Virus record (IMG/VR): IMGVR_UViG_3300025529_000271
Length of the DNA stretch: 20,000 bases
Origin: an uncultured virus (IMG/VR IMGVR_UViG_3300025529_000271)
Taxonomy: Duplodnaviria; Heunggongvirae; Uroviricota; Caudoviricetes
Reading direction: 5' to 3' (one strand)
The translations under genes and the position numbers were made by a program. Below, piece by piece: positions 15,300 through 20,000 of this stretch (positions are counted from its first letter, which is position 1; the number at the start of each line of letters is the position of its first letter). The notes beneath the pieces were generated by a model that made no database searches, was not told where the DNA came from, and saw only the letters and a list, made by a program, of their open reading frames with translations.

Positions 15300-16313
15300 T
15301 TGAAAAACTGGACAGTCATCGCTTCTTTTATGGGTTTTCTAATGTTCCTTTTTATGTGCGGGACTTTCTTTCATGAAATCCGCACAAATGAGCGTCAGTT
15401 TAATGAACTGCATTTCAAGAAAGTTGTGGACTACGCAACTGAAGCGTCCTTTCTTTCCACCCTTGAAGGGGGTAACTTGGGGATCAGTTATCTCGATTTG
15501 CAGAACGTTAAAATTGACCCGACGAACGCCTTGGATGTCTTCCGTTCAGTCATCGCTCTTTCTTATGATATGGCGCTTAGTGAACAAACTTTTACTGCGC
15601 TAGATAACTACATCACCACAGCGGTGTTAGTGGCGGCGGATGGGTATTATATCGCCACTTTGGAGGATCACGTCGAGCATACAGCGCAGGGGGATGTTAC
15701 TTATAAGCGTTTGAAGTGGGGGTTAAAGCGACCTTTCACGATCAAGTATGGGAATTACGACACCGTTGCGTATAACTTAAGTAATGAATCTTGGGTTTTG
15801 GTGCGTCAGAATCCTTCTAATCCTTCGCAAGCTACGGTTTATCGCGGTGAATCTTTTAACGCCTTGCGTATTGATCATGGGATTGTTGCTACTCGTGACG
15901 CTATCAATAAGGCGGTCAATGAACGGATTACACGAGATGCCAATGCGGTAGCTCAATTACGTAATAAGGACTTGAACCGGTATACCTTAAAGGACTTCAT
16001 TTACCTCCCTTCCGAAGTAACCAGCACGGGGGTAAACCCGGTCTTTAAGCCCTCCTTGATTTACGCTCTTTCTGATGTTGACTTTGCGGGAAGCCAAAAG
16101 CTCAATATTCGCAGTGTTGGTGGTTTTACGCTTACTAAGAAGGTTCGCGTAATTGGTTTTCAGGAGAATGGGGTAGACTACTATGCCTTTGAGGGACAAC
16201 TTCCTCAGCATATTGTGGATAGTGCGCGTTTCTTCTATAACTCTACGGAGGAAGCGGCGCTTGCCGGGTTTAAGCCGCATTTGGAGTATCTGAAAAACCC
16301 AATAAACTACTAG
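15300..16313 (+). CDS. Larger single-TM pseudopilin, TadG-like (low-confidence family call)
   Basis: N-terminal TM followed by FKKVVDYATEAS..IDPTNALDVFRSVIALSY. Last gene of the pilin array. Confidence 0.6.
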   Translation: MKNWTVIASFMGFLMFLFMCGTFFHEIRTNERQFNELHFKKVVDYATEASFLSTLEGGNLGISYLDLQNVKIDPTNALDVFRSVIALSYDMALSEQTFTALDNYITTAVLVAADGYYIATLEDHVEHTAQGDVTYKRLKWGLKRPFTIKYGNYDTVAYNLSNESWVLVRQNPSNPSQATVYRGESFNALRIDHGIVATRDAINKAVNERITRDANAVAQLRNKDLNRYTLKDFIYLPSEVTSTGVNPVFKPSLIYALSDVDFAGSQKLNIRSVGGFTLTKKVRVIGFQENGVDYYAFEGQLPQHIVDSARFFYNSTEEAALAGFKPHLEYLKNPINY

Positions 16314-16344
16314 GAATACCAGTCTTTCCTGCTTGACACAATGC

Positions 16345-16373
16345 TTGATTTTCTTATCTTTTTGTGGTAAACT
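16345..16373 (+). promoter_or_regulatory. SigmaA-type promoter with extended -10
   Basis: TTGATT-17 nt-TAAACT with TG immediately upstream (TGnTAAACT). Confidence 0.6.
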
Positions 16374-16420
16374 AGGGGTTAAGGAAGTACCCTTCCTACC
16401 CTTATTGGAGTTACCATAGA

Positions 16421-16477
16421 CCGAACAGAGAGAAAGTGCGTCGTTTCTTACGATGTACTTTCTCTTTGTGTTTTCGG
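16421..16477 (+). other. Long RNA hairpin in the leader of the 16524 gene
   Basis: CAGAGAGAAAGTGCGTCGT-TTCTT-ACGATGTACTTTCTCTTTG: 19 bp, and all three non-Watson-Crick positions are G-U on the + strand. Outer pairing CCGAA/TTCGG. Confidence 0.7.
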
Positions 16478-16523
16478 AGCTAATCTTATATTGAAGCAAA
16501 TTTGTTGAAAAGGAGAGATTGGG

Positions 16524-16970
16524 ATGGCGGTCGCGCATCCACCATTGGGTTTTTTCTACGCACAAGGGACTGTGCCGGATCGACGTGGTTTCGCTTACCT
16601 GACTTTGAAGCGGGATTTGGAGCGTGGAGTACATCGTCTCCCGGATTACGCCTACATGCGGCATTGGGGTTCGTCTCGGGCTTCGTTGCATTTTGCCTTG
16701 CATTTGCGAAATATCCTTGGACATCTGTTCCAAGGAAAGCAAGCTACTATGACGTATCGGAATGGAGATTACCGACTCTCGGTAGTCACGGTCGGCAACT
16801 TGGAGATCGTCTACACGGGAGTAGGGTCGGGGTACTTTGGGGAAGGTTCCCGCACGGCTTATGATATCCTCAAGCTTATGGGTTTCCCGGAGAAAAAGCT
16901 TGAAAAGATTTGGACGCAGGAGAATTTCCGCATTACAGTAGGAGGTGGTCGTCGTGGCAAAGCGGGTTAA
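16524..16970 (+). CDS. Hypothetical protein (orphan; contains GVGSGYFGEGSR)
   Basis: ATG after AAGGAG; 148 aa; downstream of its own promoter. Confidence 0.65.
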   Translation: MAVAHPPLGFFYAQGTVPDRRGFAYLTLKRDLERGVHRLPDYAYMRHWGSSRASLHFALHLRNILGHLFQGKQATMTYRNGDYRLSVVTVGNLEIVYTGVGSGYFGEGSRTAYDILKLMGFPEKKLEKIWTQENFRITVGGGRRGKAG

Positions 16971-17208
16971 TGGGTTTGATATGTATTATCAGTTCTCGGA
17001 TTGGTTGAACGGGGCGACAGAAGCGGAGAAACGGCAGTTTGTCAATGCCGCTCTGGGGGATCATCGTGAGTTGCAGAATGATCTGTTCTACCTGTTTCTC
17101 GGTTGTGTTCAGGGTTGGGCGCGAGCAGGAAGGGTAGGTAATTTCGACGCACGGAATGCGCATGCGGTGCAAGCGAGTACGGTGATCGCACAAACACTGA
17201 AATTGTAG
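16954..17208 (+). CDS. Small hypothetical protein
   Basis: GTG 16954 follows AGGAGGTG and overlaps the end of the preceding gene; about 84 aa, predicted helical. Confidence 0.65.
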   Translation: MAKRVNGFDMYYQFSDWLNGATEAEKRQFVNAALGDHRELQNDLFYLFLGCVQGWARAGRVGNFDARNAHAVQASTVIAQTLKL

Positions 17209-17290
17209 GACTTACCCCTAATATACTTTATGATGGGTCTTGTGACACAGCTCACATAAGGTATATTCTATCTAGCTGGAGGGGTAGTTC

Positions 17291-17845
17291 ATGAAAAAGT
17301 CTCGCCAAAAGCTCTTGGCGCTTGGGGTAGTTGCACTTAGCTTGGTGATCGCTGTAGGTATCGCAGTTGCAGGGTCGTGGTGGGGTAAGGATGAGGAACA
17401 GGTTGCTGAGGGGAGCTATGAAGCCTTCGATCCGAATAGCAAACCGTCAACTGATAGTGAATCGGTTCCATTCGATCTTGCGGAGCTTCGCAAGCAAGGG
17501 AAGCCGATCCTCATTGATTTTACTGCCACTTGGTGTATCCCTTGTAAAACGTTCAATCCGATCTTGAATGAGGTCAAAGAAGAGTACGCGGATAAGGTTA
17601 TTATCGAGCTGGTGGACGTCGACAAGTATCGCAGTTTTGCTACCTATTACCCCCTGAGGGGTATTCCGTCGCAACTCTTGTATAATAGCGACGGGGAACC
17701 GTTTATTCCGCAAAATGCGGAGGTTAGCGGTTTGTTTGGTTTTCGGACTTTCCGTTCGGGGGAAGAGATTGTGACTCTGCATGAAGGAACTCTTTCGAAG
17801 GAAAGTTTGTTGGTACTTCTTGAGCGAATGGGGTTAGAGTTATGA
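17291..17845 (+). CDS. Membrane-anchored extracytoplasmic thioredoxin-family protein
   Basis: GKPILIDFTATWCIPCK (WCxxC), LRGIPS (cis-Pro loop), N-terminal signal/TM; GGAGG RBS. Confidence 0.9.
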   Translation: MKKSRQKLLALGVVALSLVIAVGIAVAGSWWGKDEEQVAEGSYEAFDPNSKPSTDSESVPFDLAELRKQGKPILIDFTATWCIPCKTFNPILNEVKEEYADKVIIELVDVDKYRSFATYYPLRGIPSQLLYNSDGEPFIPQNAEVSGLFGFRTFRSGEEIVTLHEGTLSKESLLVLLERMGLEL

Positions 17846-18555
17846 TTACGTCTTGGTTGGAGCAACTTTCCCTGTTCTTCTATCAATCTTCCCCATTCGC
17901 TTTTGTTATCGCTGTGGTAGCGGGGGTGCTTACGGCGTTCACGCCTTGTTCGCTTTCTACGGTTCCGCTCGTTCTCGCCTATTTTGGTGGGACTTCGGAG
18001 CGTTCCACGCGGTCTACGTTATCCATCGTCGCTTTTTTGACGATGGGTTTCGTGCTTTTTAGCACCGTTTTGGGTGTGGTGATCGCGCTTACGGGTCGAA
18101 TGTTAACAATTCAATGGAACATGCCCTACGTTTACCTTGTCTTGGGGATACTGCTTGTGCTTATGGCGGTTCAGACGTGGGGTATTTGGGAAATTATCCC
18201 TTCGACTTACCTGCAGTCGAAGGTCAAACGTAAGGATCGCGTCGGTGCTTTTTTGGTTGGTGGATTAAGCGCTGTCTTTTCGTCACCCTGTACGACCCCG
18301 GTAACGGTAGCCTTGTTAGCGGGGGTATCGTTGCAAGGGGATTGGTTAGCGGGGGCGGGGTACTTAGCTTTATACGCACTTGGACATGCGGTGGTTTATC
18401 CTACTGTGGCGTTTGCCGCGAAGGGGGTTAAACGACTTCAGCGCAGTCCGGTGATGCAAAAGTATGTGTTCTCTTTGAATCTCGTTCTTGGTCTTCTATT
18501 TTTCGCTTTTGGTACTTATTTAGTCTCTTTGTTTTTCACGACACGTTTGTTATAA
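17842..18555 (+). CDS. ccdA: CcdA/DsbD-family transmembrane electron transporter
   Basis: AGVLTAFTPCSL and VFSSPCTTP Pro-Cys motifs, about 6 TM helices; ATGA overlap with the thioredoxin gene. Confidence 0.9.
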   Translation: MITSWLEQLSLFFYQSSPFAFVIAVVAGVLTAFTPCSLSTVPLVLAYFGGTSERSTRSTLSIVAFLTMGFVLFSTVLGVVIALTGRMLTIQWNMPYVYLVLGILLVLMAVQTWGIWEIIPSTYLQSKVKRKDRVGAFLVGGLSAVFSSPCTTPVTVALLAGVSLQGDWLAGAGYLALYALGHAVVYPTVAFAAKGVKRLQRSPVMQKYVFSLNLVLGLLFFAFGTYLVSLFFTTRLL

Positions 18556-18556
18556 T
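18548..18556 (+). promoter_or_regulatory. Extended -10 promoter element overlapping the ccdA stop
   Basis: TGTTATAAT is a perfect TGnTATAAT. The -35 is weak (TTGTTT at 18529-18534). Confidence 0.5.
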
Positions 18557-18674
18557 ATTAGCGACTGGAAGAATCGAGATCCGATATTGTTAGAATTTTA
18601 AGACCTATCGACTGTAGGTTAGATTCTTCGCTCGGTTCTACCATTTTAAGACTTAAATAAAGGAGCGATATGAA

Positions 18675-20000
18675 ATGAGGAAATCGATCAAACGTCTGTT
18701 TTGTACCATCCTTCTGTTGACACTGGTTGTCAGCCCCGTTTCGGCTTTCGCCGCCGACACCAAATCGTCGGGCGAATCCTCCAACTCAACGCATCAAATC
18801 ATCGACGGCTACAGTTACTCCAACGAGGCGGTTTACATCCTCGACGAGATCAACCGCTACCGCCGCGACATGGGTCTGCCGGAAGTGAAATTAGATCCGT
18901 TTCTCACTCAAGCCGCTCAAAACCATGCGGATTACCTTGAGATGAATGATACCACTGGTCACAAGGAGGTTAAAGGAAAGCCGGGGTTTACTGGGGAGGA
19001 TGTTTTTGCTCGGGTACTGGCTGTGGCGGGAAGTAAATTTGGTTTGCGTACAGGGTACGGGGCGGAAAGTGAGATTATTTCCTATCATCCTTTGGAGCAA
19101 GCGGTTGATTCGTTGATTTGGGTACCTTTTCATAGAGAACCGCTTATAGATTATTCCAGCGTAGCGGTAGGTGTTGGGATAAGTGGTAAGGCTGTTGTTC
19201 TTGTGGTTGCACCGTTAGAGTCTTTGTGGTGGGACGGAAATCAAAATGGCTTCACTTTCCCTTACGACGGGCAAAAAGATGTGCCGCCGGTCATGTTGAG
19301 TGACGAGAATCCTAGTCCATTGACTGGTACTAAGTATAAATCTTATGAAGAAGTCGGAACTGTCATTTCCTTCTTTGTTGACCCGAAGGAAAAATTCGAT
19401 CCTTCTAGTGTTTCGATAACGTCTGAAAAAGGCGAAAAAGTGGATTTTGTAGTCAAAAAGAAAGACGGGAAATACAGTCTTAGCGATGAATTGGATCATT
19501 GGTACATCCTTCCTTCTAAGTTGAAGGGAAATACGACTTATACCGTCAAAGCACACGGGAAAAAGTGGTCTTTCACGACTGGGGAAGGGGATTCTAAAGT
19601 AGAGTCTCCGAAGCCAGAGAAAAAGGCGGGTCACATCTGGGTCAGCCCAACCGAGCAAAAATCCCTTGAGGAACTTCGCAAACGCACTAAGTTCTTCGAC
19701 ACCAACTCCAAGTCCGGTTACGTCAACGTACTGGTCAACGGCAAGGAAATTGTCACTAACCCTCGGGCACATGTCGTAAACGGTCAGACCTTTATCCCCT
19801 TGCGCGGGGTATTCGAAGCCCTCGGCGCTGAGGTTAGCTGGGAGAGCGTCTATCGTCAAGTTTCGATCAGGTATAAGGACAAGATTGTGATTTTGCAACT
19901 CGACAATAAGGAAGCGCGTGTCATTCAGGTTGAAACTCCTACGAATCCGAGGGCAAAAGAGACTAAAGTGACCCTTTCCAACGCTCCGTTCGCCAAGAAC
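18675..20000 (+). CDS. Secreted CAP/SCP-domain protein with an Ig-like middle region and a copper-amine-oxidase-N (stalk) domain; 3'-truncated
   Basis: Absent from the ORF track because it has no stop in the window; translated by hand. Signal peptide MRKSIKRLFCTILLLTLVVSPVSAFA|AD; CAP motifs INRYRRDMGLPEVKLDPFLTQAAQNHADYL..GH and WVPFHREPL; LKGNTTYTV..WSFTTG; VLVNGKEI..VVNGQTFIPLRGVFEALGAEVSW. RBS AAGGAG. Confidence 0.88.
   Translation, partial: MRKSIKRLFCTILLLTLVVSPVSAFAADTKSSGESSNSTHQIIDGYSYSNEAVYILDEINRYRRDMGLPEVKLDPFLTQAAQNHADYLEMNDTTGHKEVKGKPGFTGEDVFARVLAVAGSKFGLRTGYGAESEIISYHPLEQAVDSLIWVPFHREPLIDYSSVAVGVGISGKAVVLVVAPLESLWWDGNQNGFTFPYDGQKDVPPVMLSDENPSPLTGTKYKSYEEVGTVISFFVDPKEKFDPSSVSITSEKGEKVDFVVKKKDGKYSLSDELDHWYILPSKLKGNTTYTVKAHGKKWSFTTGEGDSKVESPKPEKKAGHIWVSPTEQKSLEELRKRTKFFDTNSKSGYVNVLVNGKEIVTNPRAHVVNGQTFIPLRGVFEALGAEVSWESVYRQVSIRYKDKIVILQLDNKEARVIQVETPTNPRAKETKVTLSNAPFAKN

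Noticed and set aside
16502..16864. Alternative 120-aa + strand ORF overlapping 16524..16970
   Set aside because: It lacks an RBS, whereas the 16524 frame has AAGGAG and couples to the next gene.
3202..16953. ORF-track start codons at 3202, 4598, 12831, 13461, 13898 and 16945
   Set aside because: Each lies upstream of or inside the Shine-Dalgarno sequence. In-frame starts at 3229, 4616, 12840, 13470, 13907 and 16954 have proper RBS spacing.
1719..17026. GAAGCGG/AGCGG as a Bacillota Chi-like motif
   Set aside because: Several + copies are explained by Glu-Ala codons (GAA GCG), and the reverse complement CCGCTTC also occurs several times, so polarity is weak compared with GGGGTA.
18570..18643. 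tRNA gene (74 nt, paired ends, GGTTAGATTC resembling a T-loop, 3' ACCA)
   Set aside because: No D-arm or anticodon arm can be formed and the T-stem pairs poorly. It folds better as a rod and is kept only as a structured leader.
18670..18678. Mini-ORF ATG AAA TGA overlapping the CAP gene start
   Set aside because: It is too close to the RBS (AAGGAG ends at 18665); ATG 18675 has normal spacing. Likely chance.
1..20000. CRISPR array, IS element, invertible shufflon or DGR repeats
   Set aside because: I saw no regularly spaced direct repeats, transposase, recombinase, reverse transcriptase or long duplicated segment by eye. A self-dotplot would be needed to exclude subtle repeats.

Overview
All credible genes lie on the + strand, and none is a housekeeping gene. 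The signals look Bacillota/monoderm-like (GGAGG RBSs, sigmaA-type promoters, a copper-amine-oxidase-N domain, no secretin). Positions 1-16.3 kb hold a non-canonical Tad/Flp (type IVc-like) pilus locus. In order: the 3' part of a very large modular protein (Gly-rich domain, CBM-like domain, His/Cys segment), an M23 peptidoglycan endopeptidase, a membrane-anchored hypothetical protein, a SAF/CpaB-like protein, two degenerate MinD/TadZ-like proteins, a membrane-anchored TadA/CpaF ATPase, a 653-aa fused TadB-TadC-like protein, a terminator-flanked candidate major pilin, and six more single-TM pilin/pseudopilin-like genes that lack the canonical Glu+5. Downstream are two small orphan genes, a membrane-anchored thioredoxin plus CcdA, and a 3'-truncated secreted CAP/Ig-like/Cu-amine-oxidase-N protein that the ORF track misses. 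Two DNA/RNA-level signals are not explained by the genes. First, the hexamer GGGGTA is strongly over-represented and strand-polarised (manual count about 48 on + versus 2 on -). Second, several intergenic regions contain long imperfect hairpins whose imperfections are mostly G-U pairs on the + strand. The region may belong to a large extrachromosomal or mobile element, but that is inference: no replication, integration or virion gene is visible.
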